Positions 21,591 to 31,944 of a stretch of 64,000 nt of DNA are shown here, one piece after another. This DNA comes from an uncultured bacterium (lineage in GTDB: Bacteria; Omnitrophota; Gorgyraeia; Duberdicusellales; CBEUCJ01), in assembly GCA_965541615.1 (NCBI GenBank), contig CBEUCJ010000002.1, positions 31,795 to 95,794 on the forward strand. The letters are read 5' to 3'. The notes under the pieces are model-generated. The model was not told the origin of the DNA. It was given only the letters and a program-made list of their open reading frames with translations, and made no database searches. A program made the position numbers and the translations under genes. Position 1 is the first letter of the stretch; each line of letters opens with the position of its first letter.

Positions 21591-23804
21591 ATGCAGACTT
21601 ATGCTTATGGATTTCCAAGATTGGGCAAAAACAAAGAGTTTAAAAAAAGTATTGAAAGTTTCTGGAATAGAGAAATTTCTGAATCAGAGCTTCTTAAAAA
21701 AATAAAAGAAATAGAAACTGAAAGAATTTCTACTTATGAAAACTTTGAAGTCAAATTTCCTTTAGCTGAAATTACACTTTATGATAATATCTTAGACAAT
21801 GCATTAATATTTGGAGTTTATCCTTATAATATGAGATTAGATAGTTATTTTAAGTTTGCTAGGGGAAAGAGTGCTTTAAAATTAAAAAAGTTCTTCAACA
21901 CAAATTATCATTACCTCGTTCCAGAGATTAAGAAGAATACCAAATTTAAGATTCAATGGAGAAAGCCTTTAGAATGGTATAAAGTCTTTAAAAAAAATCA
22001 ACCTTTATACATGATAGGACCTTTTACTTTTTTGAAATTAAGTAATTTAGAAGACAAAGTAGATTTTGCAGAAAAACTTGCAGAGTTATTCAGTATGTAT
22101 CTTGAGTTATTTAAAGAATTTGAGAAGGAAGGAATAAAAGAAATCCATTTAGATGAACCTGCTTTTGTTTTAGATCTCTCAAAGAAAGAGGTAAAATTTT
22201 TAAAGAAACTTTACAAAGAGAATTTTCAGAGTCTAAATTTAAATATTTATCTTTTTACCTATTATGAAAGTGTAGATTTTTTAAAAGAGCTTTTAGATTT
22301 TCCAGTAAAAGGTATTGGGTTAGATTTTATTCAAGGTTATGAAAATTATACTTTTTTAAGAAAGACAGGTTTCTGTAAGGATAAAATTCTCTTTTCAGGA
22401 ATAATAAATGCTAAGGTACCTATTAGAGAGCATATTCCTTCCAAAGCAGACTTTGTTAAAAAAATTTTGAAAATAAAAGGTGTTTCAGAAAAAAATCTTT
22501 TTTTAAGTGTAAGTTGTCCTTTATTTGGTTTGCCTGTAAGTTTAGAAAAAGAAAAAAATATGCCTAAGAGATTAAGAAGAAAATTGAGTTTTGCCAAAGA
22601 GAAATTAAAAGAATTAAAATTGCTAAAAGGGTATTTGGAAGGGAGATTTAGAAAAGAAGCTTTAGAGTGGTCTAAGAGTTCTGAAATCTTTGAATTTAAA
22701 GACCAAAATATAAAATACTTTGATACTTTATCTTTAAGTAAAAAAGAATTTTTAAGAAGGAAAAGACTCCATCAAAAATTATTCAATTTACCTTTATTTC
22801 CCACCACTACCATTGGAAGTTTTCCTCAGGATAAAGAGTTAAGAAACATAAGAGCTCTTTATAGAAAAAATAAAATCTCTAAATCTGAATATGAAAAATT
22901 TATAAAAGAGAAGATAAAGAGATTGATAAGATTCCAAGAACAAATAGGTTTAGATGTTTTAGTACATGGAGAGTTTGAAAGAACAGATATGGTAGAATTT
23001 TTTGCTCAAAGACTGAAAGGGTTTTATACTACTCAATCTGGTTGGATAATTTCTTATGGAACAAGGGTTTATAGACCTCCTATAATTTGTGACAGAGTTG
23101 AAAGAAAAGCCCCTCTTACTGTGAAAGAGATTACTTTTGCTCAATCTTTAACAAAAAAATTTGTGAAAGGAATAATTACAGGACCTGTTACCATTTTAGG
23201 ATGGAGTTATAACATTACTAAGAATCCTCCTTATAAAGTAGCTTTTCAAATAGCTAAAGCTTTAAATAAAGAAATAAAAGAGTTGATAAAAAAAGGCATA
23301 AAGATAATTCAGATAGATGAACCTGCTTTTAGAGAGCAAGTCCCTTTAAAAAAGCGAAAACAAAGATTTTATTTTTCTTGGGCAATAAGAGCTTTTAATT
23401 TGACTTGTAAAACTCAAGATTTTGTCCAAATACACACTCATATGTGTTATTCAGAGTTTAAAGATATACTCAACCAGATTTTAAAGTTGAACTTTGATGT
23501 AATTACAATTGAAGCTATGCGTAGTAAAGGAGATGTGTTATCAGCTTTCGAAAGTAAAAAATTTGTAAGAGATATAGGTCCAGGGGTATGGGATATACAT
23601 TCAGTTTACGTACCAAAGATTGAGGAGATGAAAGTAGTAATAGAGAAAGCTTTAAAAGTTTTAAAACCCGGTCAAATTTGGATAAATCCAGATTGTGGTT
23701 TAAAGACAAGAAATTACAAAGAAGTAAATTCTGCTTTGAAGAAGATGGTAAAGTTAGCAAAGATTTTGAGAAAGAGATATTCTGAAAGAATTAGGGAAGA
23801 GTGA
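21591..23804 (+). CDS. metE: Cobalamin-independent methionine synthase
   Basis: GFPR.G, FNTNYHY.VPE, PTTTIGSFPQ, HGEFERTDMVEFF, HTHMCY, PDCGLKTR; AGGAGG RBS. Confidence 0.96.
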   Translation: MQTYAYGFPRLGKNKEFKKSIESFWNREISESELLKKIKEIETERISTYENFEVKFPLAEITLYDNILDNALIFGVYPYNMRLDSYFKFARGKSALKLKKFFNTNYHYLVPEIKKNTKFKIQWRKPLEWYKVFKKNQPLYMIGPFTFLKLSNLEDKVDFAEKLAELFSMYLELFKEFEKEGIKEIHLDEPAFVLDLSKKEVKFLKKLYKENFQSLNLNIYLFTYYESVDFLKELLDFPVKGIGLDFIQGYENYTFLRKTGFCKDKILFSGIINAKVPIREHIPSKADFVKKILKIKGVSEKNLFLSVSCPLFGLPVSLEKEKNMPKRLRRKLSFAKEKLKELKLLKGYLEGRFRKEALEWSKSSEIFEFKDQNIKYFDTLSLSKKEFLRRKRLHQKLFNLPLFPTTTIGSFPQDKELRNIRALYRKNKISKSEYEKFIKEKIKRLIRFQEQIGLDVLVHGEFERTDMVEFFAQRLKGFYTTQSGWIISYGTRVYRPPIICDRVERKAPLTVKEITFAQSLTKKFVKGIITGPVTILGWSYNITKNPPYKVAFQIAKALNKEIKELIKKGIKIIQIDEPAFREQVPLKKRKQRFYFSWAIRAFNLTCKTQDFVQIHTHMCYSEFKDILNQILKLNFDVITIEAMRSKGDVLSAFESKKFVRDIGPGVWDIHSVYVPKIEEMKVVIEKALKVLKPGQIWINPDCGLKTRNYKEVNSALKKMVKLAKILRKRYSERIREE

Positions 23805-25054
23805 GTTTTAGAGAAATATTTAAAAACAGATCTTTTTCTTGTCTTTGGTTAGGACAAGTTATCTCTCAATTTGGAGATAGGCTCCATCAAATGGCTTTAA
23901 TAGGTTTAATGTATCAGAAAATGCCAGGTTCTTCTTTACAATTAGCAAAGTTATTCTCTTTTATGATATTACCTATTTTTATCTTGGGACCAGTAGCAGG
24001 AGTATATGTAGATAGATGGAGCAAAAAAAGCACCATGTTTTTTTCTGACATACTAAGAGGAATATTAGTATTTCTTATTCCTTTTTACTTTCTAAAATTA
24101 AAAACACTCATTCCCATTTACATAGTAGTATTTTTTGTCTCGTGTATTTCAAGATTCTTTGTTCCTGCAAAGTTGAGCATTATCCCTGAACTTGTAAGGA
24201 CAGATCAATTGCATTTGGCAAATTCTTTAATTTCAACCACAGGTATGATAGGAGCTATGTTAGGGTTTGGATTAGGTGGATTTATTGTAGAAAAAGTTGG
24301 GGTAAAGTTCACTTTTTTATTAGATAGCATAAGCTTTTTTATTTCAGCAGGTTTAATTTCTCTGGTCGTTTCTGCAAAGGATTCAGAATTCAGGCCAAAA
24401 GACATTATTCTTTTAGGGGAAGAGTTGATGAGTAAGGTAAAAAATAGATTCATAAAAGAGCTAAGAGAGGGGTTTTTTTATTTATTTAAAGAGAAAGCAA
24501 GTTTTTTTACTTTAAAGAAACTTTTTGTCTTATCTTCAGGAGTAGGAGCTCTGTATACCACTTTAATAGTCTTTATTCAAAAGACTTTGGGTTCAGCTAC
24601 AAGAGATTTGGGACTAATAGCTGTTATGTTTGGTATAGGATTATTTTTAAGTTCTTTAGTGTATGGAAAAATTGGAAAAAAAATTTCTATTCAAAAAATT
24701 TTAAATTTCTTTTTGTTAGCTGTTAGTTTATTTCTTTTAATGTTTATTATTCTGTTAAAAAAATTCCCTTCTTTAAAATTAAGTTTAATCTCTTCATTCT
24801 TTTTAGGATCTTTAATAAGTCCAATAATTATAGGAGCTAATACCTTAATTCATAAAAGTTGTCAGGGCGTATTTCACGGTAGAATCTTTAGTTGTATGGA
24901 AGTAATAGTTCATTTTGGTTTTCTATTTTTCATGATATTAAGTTCATGGATAGCTCATTTTATAGGAGAATTTAAAGTAATTTTGGGAACATCATTTTTT
25001 ATTGCAATTTATTCTTTTTTTGGTATTTTCAATAAATATGTTAAAAATACCTGA
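23801..25054 (+). CDS. MFS transporter (DHA3/macrolide-efflux-like), GTG start
   Basis: About 12 hydrophobic segments, LWLGQ.IS.FGD, AGVYVDRW, F.PAK.SIIP.LV. Confidence 0.9.
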   Translation: MSFREIFKNRSFSCLWLGQVISQFGDRLHQMALIGLMYQKMPGSSLQLAKLFSFMILPIFILGPVAGVYVDRWSKKSTMFFSDILRGILVFLIPFYFLKLKTLIPIYIVVFFVSCISRFFVPAKLSIIPELVRTDQLHLANSLISTTGMIGAMLGFGLGGFIVEKVGVKFTFLLDSISFFISAGLISLVVSAKDSEFRPKDIILLGEELMSKVKNRFIKELREGFFYLFKEKASFFTLKKLFVLSSGVGALYTTLIVFIQKTLGSATRDLGLIAVMFGIGLFLSSLVYGKIGKKISIQKILNFFLLAVSLFLLMFIILLKKFPSLKLSLISSFFLGSLISPIIIGANTLIHKSCQGVFHGRIFSCMEVIVHFGFLFFMILSSWIAHFIGEFKVILGTSFFIAIYSFFGIFNKYVKNT

Positions 25055-26336
25055 ATTTAAACATCCTCAGAAAAACACACCTTCTTTAAAAACTCCTATT
25101 CCAAAAAAAGTCTACATAGCTTTATCTCAACATGTAGGAAGACCTGCCCAACCTGTAGTAGGAAAAGGTGATAAAGTAAAATTAGGTCAGCTGATAGCAA
25201 AAGCTTACGGTAAAATCTCTGCAAATATCCATTCACCTGTGGAAGGTAAAGTGCAAGATATTACCTATTTTAACCACCCTATCTTGAAGAGATGTAAGAC
25301 CATAATAATTGAGTCTGAGAATAATTTTGAAGGTGATTTTAAAGAAAAACCAATTTCAGAGATAAGAGAATTAAAACCAAAAGACCTATTAGAAATAATA
25401 TTTGAAAAAGGAATCGTAGGAATGGGAGGAGCTCAATTTCCCACACATGTAAAACTCTCTCCTCCTAAAAAAATAGACATTTTAATTGTAAATGGTTGTG
25501 AGTGTGAGCCTTATTTAGTATGCGATCATATACTAATGAAAGAAAACTTATTAGGTATTTTAAAAGGGGTAGATATAATTAATTTTATCTTGAAGACAGA
25601 AAAAATTATATTTTGCTTAGAGGATAACAAAAGAGAAATAAAGGAATTAATCTTAAATGAATTAAAAAATTTTACTCCTATTTTTTCTGAAAACTTTAAT
25701 TTAGAAATAAAAGTCTTTAAGACTCGATATCCGCAAGGTGCTGAAAAACAACTAATATTTAATGCTACTAAAAGAGTAGTCCCTGCTGGAAAATTACCTT
25801 TTCAAGTAGGAGTTTTAGTTCAAAATGTAGCTACATTATATGCAGTGTATGAAGCTGTTTATAAAGATAAACCTTTAATCGAAAGATTGGTGACTTTTGC
25901 AGGCAAGATTTTAGAGAAACCTCAAAATCTATGGGTAAGAATAGGCACTTTAATTAAAGATCTATTAGAATCACAGATTTTGAGATTAAAATCTGAGCCT
26001 AAAAAGTTAATTTTTGGTGGACCTATGATGGGTATAGCCCAAGAAAGTTTAGAAGTTCCTATTTTAAAAGGTACAGGCGGAGTCTTATTTTTTGGAGATA
26101 GAGATTTAATTTTTAAAGATGAATTTAACTGTATAAGATGCGGAAGATGTGTAGAGGTGTGTCCTATGAATTTATTACCTTGCAGGATTTACACACTTAT
26201 TAAAAATTCTGAATTTTCATCTTTAAAAGAATTTTATATCTCTGATTGCATAGAATGCGGAAGTTGCAGTTATGTATGTCCAGCAGGTATCCCTTTGAGT
26301 TCTTACATAAAATGGGCAAAGAGTTTAAATTTATAA
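25038..26336 (+). CDS. rnfC: Rnf complex subunit C
   Basis: QHVG.PA, GIVGMGGAQFPTHVK, NGCECEPY, YPQGAEK, GGPMMG, two CxxCxxCxxxCP; start set at ATG 25038. Confidence 0.95.
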   Translation: MLKIPEFKHPQKNTPSLKTPIPKKVYIALSQHVGRPAQPVVGKGDKVKLGQLIAKAYGKISANIHSPVEGKVQDITYFNHPILKRCKTIIIESENNFEGDFKEKPISEIRELKPKDLLEIIFEKGIVGMGGAQFPTHVKLSPPKKIDILIVNGCECEPYLVCDHILMKENLLGILKGVDIINFILKTEKIIFCLEDNKREIKELILNELKNFTPIFSENFNLEIKVFKTRYPQGAEKQLIFNATKRVVPAGKLPFQVGVLVQNVATLYAVYEAVYKDKPLIERLVTFAGKILEKPQNLWVRIGTLIKDLLESQILRLKSEPKKLIFGGPMMGIAQESLEVPILKGTGGVLFFGDRDLIFKDEFNCIRCGRCVEVCPMNLLPCRIYTLIKNSEFSSLKEFYISDCIECGSCSYVCPAGIPLSSYIKWAKSLNL

Positions 26337-27244
26337 TTGAATACCCTCCTCATTTAAAGAGTAAGAATAAAGTCCCCCAAGTTATGCTCTTTGTAGTTTT
26401 AGGAACTTTGCCGAGTTTAATTTGGAGTGTGTATTTATTTAGGTTTAATGCTATAAGAGTTTTGGGTTTGAGTATCTTTAGTTGCTTTTTAGCAGAGTAT
26501 TTATACTGTAAATTTTTAAAAAAACCTTTGAGTTTAAAAGATCTTTCTTTTTTGGTCACAGGAATTCTTTATGCTCTTACTCTACCCCCAAGTATTCCTT
26601 CTTATCCTTGTATTTTGGGAGGATTTTTCAGTATAATAGTAGGTAAAATGATATTTGGAGGTCTGGGGCAGAATATTTTCAATCCTGCTTTGGTAGGAAG
26701 AGCATTTTTAACAGCTTCTTTTCCTGTTTATATGACTTCTTGGATAAGACCTTTTGATGGTGTAAGTTGTGCTACCCCTTTAAATCTATGGAAATTCAAT
26801 GGAATAATTACTCCTTTAAAAGATTTATTTTTTGGATTAAGTGGTGGAAGTTTGGGGGAGATGAATAGTTTTTTACTTCTTTTGGGAGGATTATTCTTAA
26901 TTTTTACAAAAACAGCTGATTTCAGAATCCCTCTATCTTATTTAGTTACAGTATTTTTGATTTCTTCTTTATTTTACCTTTTAAATCCTTTAAACGGAAG
27001 TCCTTTATTTCATTTATTCAGTGGAGGATTGATGTTAGGAGCTTTTTTTATGGCTACAGATCCAGTTACCTCTCCTTACACAAAGCTAGGTAAGATTATT
27101 TTTGGAATAGGGTGTGGTATAATTTGCATGAGTATAAGATACTTTGGAGGATTACCTGAAGGAGTTATGTTTTCAATCCTATTTATGAATGCATTAACTC
27201 CTCTAATAAATAAAGTTACAAAACCTAAAAGTTTTGGAAGATGA
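26312..27244 (+). CDS. rnfD: Rnf complex subunit D
   Basis: PPH, FGGLGQNIFNPALVGRA, DGVSCATPL (FMN-Thr), FFMATDPVTSP; start set at ATG 26312. Confidence 0.95.
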   Translation: MGKEFKFIIEYPPHLKSKNKVPQVMLFVVLGTLPSLIWSVYLFRFNAIRVLGLSIFSCFLAEYLYCKFLKKPLSLKDLSFLVTGILYALTLPPSIPSYPCILGGFFSIIVGKMIFGGLGQNIFNPALVGRAFLTASFPVYMTSWIRPFDGVSCATPLNLWKFNGIITPLKDLFFGLSGGSLGEMNSFLLLLGGLFLIFTKTADFRIPLSYLVTVFLISSLFYLLNPLNGSPLFHLFSGGLMLGAFFMATDPVTSPYTKLGKIIFGIGCGIICMSIRYFGGLPEGVMFSILFMNALTPLINKVTKPKSFGR

Positions 27245-27795
27245 ATAAGACTTTTAAAGTAATCTTAATTTTAACTCTTGTAAGTTTTTTATCAGGATTC
27301 TTTTTATCTTTTGCTTATAAAAAATTTAACCCTAAGATATTAGAGAATCAAAAAAAAGAGACGCGAGAAAAAATTTTTGAAATAATTCCTAAAGCTCAAA
27401 GAGTAGAGGAAAAACTTTTAAAGGATAAAACTATTAATTTTGTTTATGACAAAAAGACTCAACTTTTAGGGTATTGTAGTGTAGGAGAAGGGTTTGGATA
27501 TCAAGGAAAGATAAAAGTATTAGTCTGTGTAGATAAGGATTTTAAAAAGATATTAGGTATAGATATAATTGAACATTCAGAGACCCCAGGTTTAGGAGCT
27601 AAGATAACTCAAAAAAATTTTAGAGATCAATTTAAAGGTTTAAAGACCGATATCCAAATAAAAGTAAAGAAAAGAAAAGCTCTTTTAGAAAACAATGAGA
27701 TTCAAGCAATATCTGGAGCTACTATCTCTTCTGAGAGTGTAACTAAAATCGTAAATGAAACTTTAAAAGAACTTAGAAAGATATTGAAAAAATGA
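27241..27795 (+). CDS. rnfG: Rnf complex subunit G
   Basis: N-terminal TM helix, GYQG.I, HSETPGLG, AISGATISS (FMN-Thr). Confidence 0.95.
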   Translation: MNKTFKVILILTLVSFLSGFFLSFAYKKFNPKILENQKKETREKIFEIIPKAQRVEEKLLKDKTINFVYDKKTQLLGYCSVGEGFGYQGKIKVLVCVDKDFKKILGIDIIEHSETPGLGAKITQKNFRDQFKGLKTDIQIKVKKRKALLENNEIQAISGATISSESVTKIVNETLKELRKILKK

Positions 27796-28382
27796 AGAAC
27801 ATTCAAATTATTAAAAATGGATTATGGTATAATCATCCTATCTTTAGACAACTTTTAGGAATGTGCCCTACTTTAGCAGTTACTACTTCCTTCATAAATG
27901 CTTTATCTATGGGATTAAGTGTAATATTTGTTTTAGTCTCTTCAAGTTTTATAGTCTCTTTGATAAAAAGAATAGTTCCCCAACAGGTGAGGATAGCTGT
28001 CTTCACGATCATAATTTCTACTTTTGTTACAATAGTAGATCTTTTTTTAAAAGCAAATTTTCCTCTGATCTCTAAAGCATTAGGACCCTATGTGCCTTTA
28101 ATCATCGTTAATTGCATAATTTTGGCTAGATTAGAAGTTTTTGCTTCAAAGAATACTTTGTGTAAATCCTTATTAGATGCCTTTTCTACAGGATTGGGAT
28201 TTTTATGGGGATTATTGGTTTTGGGGAGTATAAGAGAAATTTTAGGAAAAGGCACTTTGATAGGTATTCCTATAATAAAGATGAAAGATAACTTGCTCAT
28301 TATGCTTATGCCTGCAGGAGCTTTCTTTTCTTTAGGGTTTTTGGTCGGTTTAATGAACAAGATTGAAAAGAAAAAATGTTAA
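27792..28382 (+). CDS. rnfE: Rnf complex subunit E
   Basis: LGMCPTLAVT, PLIIVNCIIL.R.E, GSIREILG, PAGAF. Confidence 0.95.
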   Translation: MKNIQIIKNGLWYNHPIFRQLLGMCPTLAVTTSFINALSMGLSVIFVLVSSSFIVSLIKRIVPQQVRIAVFTIIISTFVTIVDLFLKANFPLISKALGPYVPLIIVNCIILARLEVFASKNTLCKSLLDAFSTGLGFLWGLLVLGSIREILGKGTLIGIPIIKMKDNLLIMLMPAGAFFSLGFLVGLMNKIEKKKC

Positions 28383-28957
28383 AGGAATTGCTTTTTATAG
28401 TGCTATCAGCTGTTTTAGTAAATAATTTTGTTTTAAGTTATTTTTTAGGGATCTGTCCTTTTTTAGGAGTCTCACAATCTTTAACATCTGCTTTTGGGAT
28501 GGGAGGAGCGGTTACTTTTGTGATGACTTTGGCGAGTAGTATTACATGGTTAATATACCATTTATTTTTAGAAAAATTTGGGCTCAGTTTCTTAGAATAT
28601 GCTGTATTTATTTTGGTAATAGCTTCTTTAGTACAATTAGTAGAAATGTTTATTAGAAAGTATTCTCAATTTCTTTTTAAAGCTTTAGGGATTTACCTTC
28701 CTTTGATAACTACAAACTGTGCTATTTTAGGTTTGTGTTTGTTTGTTATTATGAGAAATTACAATTTTTTAGAGACTGTAATATACGGATTTTCAGCAGG
28801 AATAGGGTTTAGTTTAGTCTTATTGATTATGGCAGGTATAAGAGAAGAGCTAAGATTTTGTGATGTACCTGAAAGTTTAAAAGGTGCAGGAATAACTTTA
28901 ATAACAGCAGGTTTATTATCATTAAGCTTTATGGGATTTTCAGGAATGTTGAAATGA
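28376..28957 (+). CDS. rnfA: Rnf complex subunit A
   Basis: NNFVL..FLGICPFLG, LGIYLPLITTNCAILG, MAGIRE, FMGF.G. Confidence 0.96.
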   Translation: MLKELLFIVLSAVLVNNFVLSYFLGICPFLGVSQSLTSAFGMGGAVTFVMTLASSITWLIYHLFLEKFGLSFLEYAVFILVIASLVQLVEMFIRKYSQFLFKALGIYLPLITTNCAILGLCLFVIMRNYNFLETVIYGFSAGIGFSLVLLIMAGIREELRFCDVPESLKGAGITLITAGLLSLSFMGFSGMLK

Positions 28958-29757
28958 AAGAAGTTGTTATTTCTTCTATAGGATTAGGATTAATCGGATT
29001 TTTATTTGCTGTAATATTAAGTATAGCTGATAAGAAATTGGCAGTAAAAAAAGATCCAGTTTTAGAAAAGATTCTTAAGATATTGCCAGGAATAAATTGT
29101 GGAGCCTGTGGGTTTAGTAGTTGTGAAGCTTTTGCTCAGAATGTATTAGAGAAAAAGAGTTTATTTAAAGGGTGTTTGGCAGGAGGAAAAGAAGTAAATG
29201 AAAAGTTGTGTAATTTATTGGGATTAGAATCTCCACACACAACAAAAAAGAAAGTAATAGTAAAATGTTCTCAAACTGAACCTAAAAAATTCTCTGCTGA
29301 GTACAGAGGAGTAAAAAGTTGTGCTTTGGCAGATTTGGTAGGGGGAGGTTTAGCTTGTAAATATGGATGTTTAGGTTTTGGAGATTGTGAGAAAGTTTGT
29401 AAGTTTGGTGCTATAAAAATAGAGAAGGGATTACCTGTTATAAATTATGAAAAATGTGTAGGATGTGGAGAATGTGTAAAAGCATGTCCCAGAAATGTTT
29501 TAGAGATTGTAGAGATAAAAAATGACAAACTTTATTGGGTAGGTTGTAATAATCCAGAAACTGCAGTTCAAGTAAAAAAAGTATGTGATGTAGGATGCAT
29601 AGGTTGTGGACTTTGCACAAAGGTAATACCTGAAAGTCCTTTTTATTTAGAAGAAGCTTTAGCAAAAATTTGTTACAAGAAAATAGAAGATAAAAATTTG
29701 GATTTAGCTTTACAAAGATGCCCTACCAAAGTAATTAAAAAAATAGATGTCTCTTAA
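28954..29757 (+). CDS. rnfB: Rnf complex subunit B (polyferredoxin)
   Basis: N-terminal TM helix, LPGINCGACG...C, C.YGCLG.GDC...C, CVGCGECVKACP, CIGCGLC. Confidence 0.95.
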   Translation: MKEVVISSIGLGLIGFLFAVILSIADKKLAVKKDPVLEKILKILPGINCGACGFSSCEAFAQNVLEKKSLFKGCLAGGKEVNEKLCNLLGLESPHTTKKKVIVKCSQTEPKKFSAEYRGVKSCALADLVGGGLACKYGCLGFGDCEKVCKFGAIKIEKGLPVINYEKCVGCGECVKACPRNVLEIVEIKNDKLYWVGCNNPETAVQVKKVCDVGCIGCGLCTKVIPESPFYLEEALAKICYKKIEDKNLDLALQRCPTKVIKKIDVS

Positions 29758-30124
29758 AAGAAAAGCAAGAGTTTCAAAAGTAGATAAGAACAATCTAGAA
29801 GTGGAGTTTTTAGATACTTTTCATTGTAAAGGGTGTAAGTTAAACTGTAAAGTGAATGAGAAGATAACTTTAACTAAAAACACTGAATTTAAAGAAGGTG
29901 AAATTGTAGAATTGAGGTTTTCAGAAAAGAAATTTTTAATTTTGATATTTATTACATTTTTAATTCCTTCTCTTTTGTTCATCCTTACAATATTTGTCTT
30001 TAGAGATTTAAAGATAATAAGTTTTTTGTTAGCTGTGTTGATATTATTAATTTATTTTTTGATTCTTGCAAAGTCTTTTAAGAAGAACAAAATATTTGAT
30101 GAAATTGAGATTCATAAAATCTAA
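29747..30124 (+). CDS. rseC: RseC/MucC family membrane protein
   Basis: C..C...C near the N-terminus, G..VE, two C-terminal TM helices; follows rnfB. Confidence 0.75.
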   Translation: MSLKRKARVSKVDKNNLEVEFLDTFHCKGCKLNCKVNEKITLTKNTEFKEGEIVELRFSEKKFLILIFITFLIPSLLFILTIFVFRDLKIISFLLAVLILLIYFLILAKSFKKNKIFDEIEIHKI

Positions 30125-30130
30125 GGTTTT

Positions 30131-30733
30131 ATGAATATAGCTATCTTTGCCTCAGGAAGAGGTACAAACTTTGAGGCTTTAGTTAAAGCTCAAAGGAAAG
30201 GAGTTTTTAAAGCTGACATTAAGATCTTAATCACAGATAATAAATCTGCTTATGTAAGAAGGAGAGCAAGAAGATTAGGTATAAAAGAAGAAGTTGTAGA
30301 ATTTGAAAAATTTAAGGATAGAAAGAGTTTTGAGAAAGAAATTTTGAAAATTTTAAAAAGAGAAAAGATAGATTTAATATTACTAGCTGGCTTTATGAGG
30401 ATACTTTCTCCTTATTTTGTAAAAAAATATAAAAACAGAATTTTAAATATCCATCCAGCATTGTTGCCCTCTTTTAAAGGAACTCAGGCTATAAAAAGAG
30501 CTTTTAAGTATGGAGTAAAAGTCACAGGTGTTACAGTCCATTTTGTGAATGAAAAGGTAGATTCGGGTCCTATCATACTGCAAGAACCAGTCAAAATCAC
30601 CCAAAAAGATACCTTAGAAAGTTTAGAGAGAAAAATCCACAGAGTAGAACACAAGTTGTATCCTAAAGCTGTAAAGTTGTTTGTAGAAGGAAAATTAAAG
30701 ATAGAAGGAAGGAGGGTTAAAATTGCAGAATAA
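30131..30733 (+). CDS. purN: Phosphoribosylglycinamide formyltransferase
   Basis: ASGRGTN, LAGFMRIL, NIHPALLP.F.G, GVTVHFV..VDSGPII.Q. Confidence 0.97.
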   Translation: MNIAIFASGRGTNFEALVKAQRKGVFKADIKILITDNKSAYVRRRARRLGIKEEVVEFEKFKDRKSFEKEILKILKREKIDLILLAGFMRILSPYFVKKYKNRILNIHPALLPSFKGTQAIKRAFKYGVKVTGVTVHFVNEKVDSGPIILQEPVKITQKDTLESLERKIHRVEHKLYPKAVKLFVEGKLKIEGRRVKIAE

Positions 30734-31154
30734 AAAATTGTATTTCTTAATTCTATTTTTATTGTTCTCTAATGTAGTTCTTATCGCTAAAGAAAAGAAA
30801 TTAGAATTTACTGCAAAAGTAGATAAGAACACAATTTCAGAAGATGAGACTTTAAAATTAGAAGTGACTTTAAAATTTAAAGGAAAACAGACTCCAAAGA
30901 TAATTCTTCCAAAATTTAAAGACTTTAAGGTAATAGGCAGATTTCAATCTCAAAGTATAAACATAATTAAAGGAGAATTAGAATATGTTTACAAATTGAC
31001 ACTTTTACTTTTGCCAAAAAAGACAGGTACTTTACTAATTCCTTCTATAAGGGCAAAGATAAAATTTAAAGAACTATCCACAGATCCTATAAAAATAAAA
31101 GTTAAACCTCAAACAGAGGAAGAGATTACTTTTGAAGAAGGGATTTCAGTCTGA
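30723..31154 (+). CDS. Secreted single-domain BatD-like protein (TTG start)
   Basis: Signal peptide; A.VDKN.I...E...L.V, P...DF.V...QS..I.II.G, L.PKK.G...IP, T.PI.I.V. Confidence 0.72.
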   Translation: MQNKKLYFLILFLLFSNVVLIAKEKKLEFTAKVDKNTISEDETLKLEVTLKFKGKQTPKIILPKFKDFKVIGRFQSQSINIIKGELEYVYKLTLLLLPKKTGTLLIPSIRAKIKFKELSTDPIKIKVKPQTEEEITFEEGISV

Positions 31155-31944
31155 GAGGAGGTTTAATATTTTCTAAAGATTTAAAAGAAAAAAATTCTAA
31201 TTCTTTATTATTTAGATATATCTTTATTCCTAAAAAATCTTTATATTCGTAGATTTTAATAAAAAATTTGAATATTTTTAAAATGTCTTTTAAAATAGGT
31301 TCAGTTAATTTGAAATTCTCATCTGTTGTTTCTAAATATATTTCATAAAAATCTCCGTCAAAATCACATTTTATCTCTTTTATTCCTTCTATTTTTTTAT
31401 TGGTAAAATACATACTCAGTTTATTTACCATTAGTTCGCACAGAAATTCTTCAAAATCTATATCATGGACAGGAATGTGCGTACCTGTTTCATCTCCTAA
31501 AGCACTGAGGTTAAAATAACTTTTGATCACCGTTCTATCAGCTAATTCTTCATCAGAGATATAAAATAAAAAGAATTTTTTTAAATCCTCAAAATTTACT
31601 ATCTCTATAATATCTGCACCTGTTTCATAGATGTCTGAGACTACTGTTACATAAAACTTTGGAGGTTTATCTAAACTAAGGAGAACTCTGCTTATACTTA
31701 GACTTATCTTTCTCATTTTATCTATAACTTCATCTTTAATTTTTAGATCTTTGTTCAAAATACTTTTAAAAGGAGCATAAATCCAAATAGTCTCTCCCAC
31801 ATCCTTTACTACTACATTTATGTTAAATTCTTTCTTACAGATTTTTTTTATCTCTTCTCTTACATTTCTTCTTTTATAGGTAGGAGGAATAGTACAGGCA
31901 CAAAAGAAAAGAATGCTAATTAGGAGAGCTTTTTTCTTTACCAT
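31126..31944 (-). CDS. Hypothetical lipoprotein
   Basis: From ATG 31944: [17 protein letters not shown] (basic, hydrophobic, lipobox-like Cys); overlaps the 3' end of the FtsH-like gene. Confidence 0.75.
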   Translation of the reverse strand: MVKKKALLISILFFCACTIPPTYKRRNVREEIKKICKKEFNINVVVKDVGETIWIYAPFKSILNKDLKIKDEVIDKMRKISLSISRVLLSLDKPPKFYVTVVSDIYETGADIIEIVNFEDLKKFFLFYISDEELADRTVIKSYFNLSALGDETGTHIPVHDIDFEEFLCELMVNKLSMYFTNKKIEGIKEIKCDFDGDFYEIYLETTDENFKLTEPILKDILKIFKFFIKIYEYKDFLGIKIYLNNKELEFFSFKSLENIKPPLRLKSLLQK

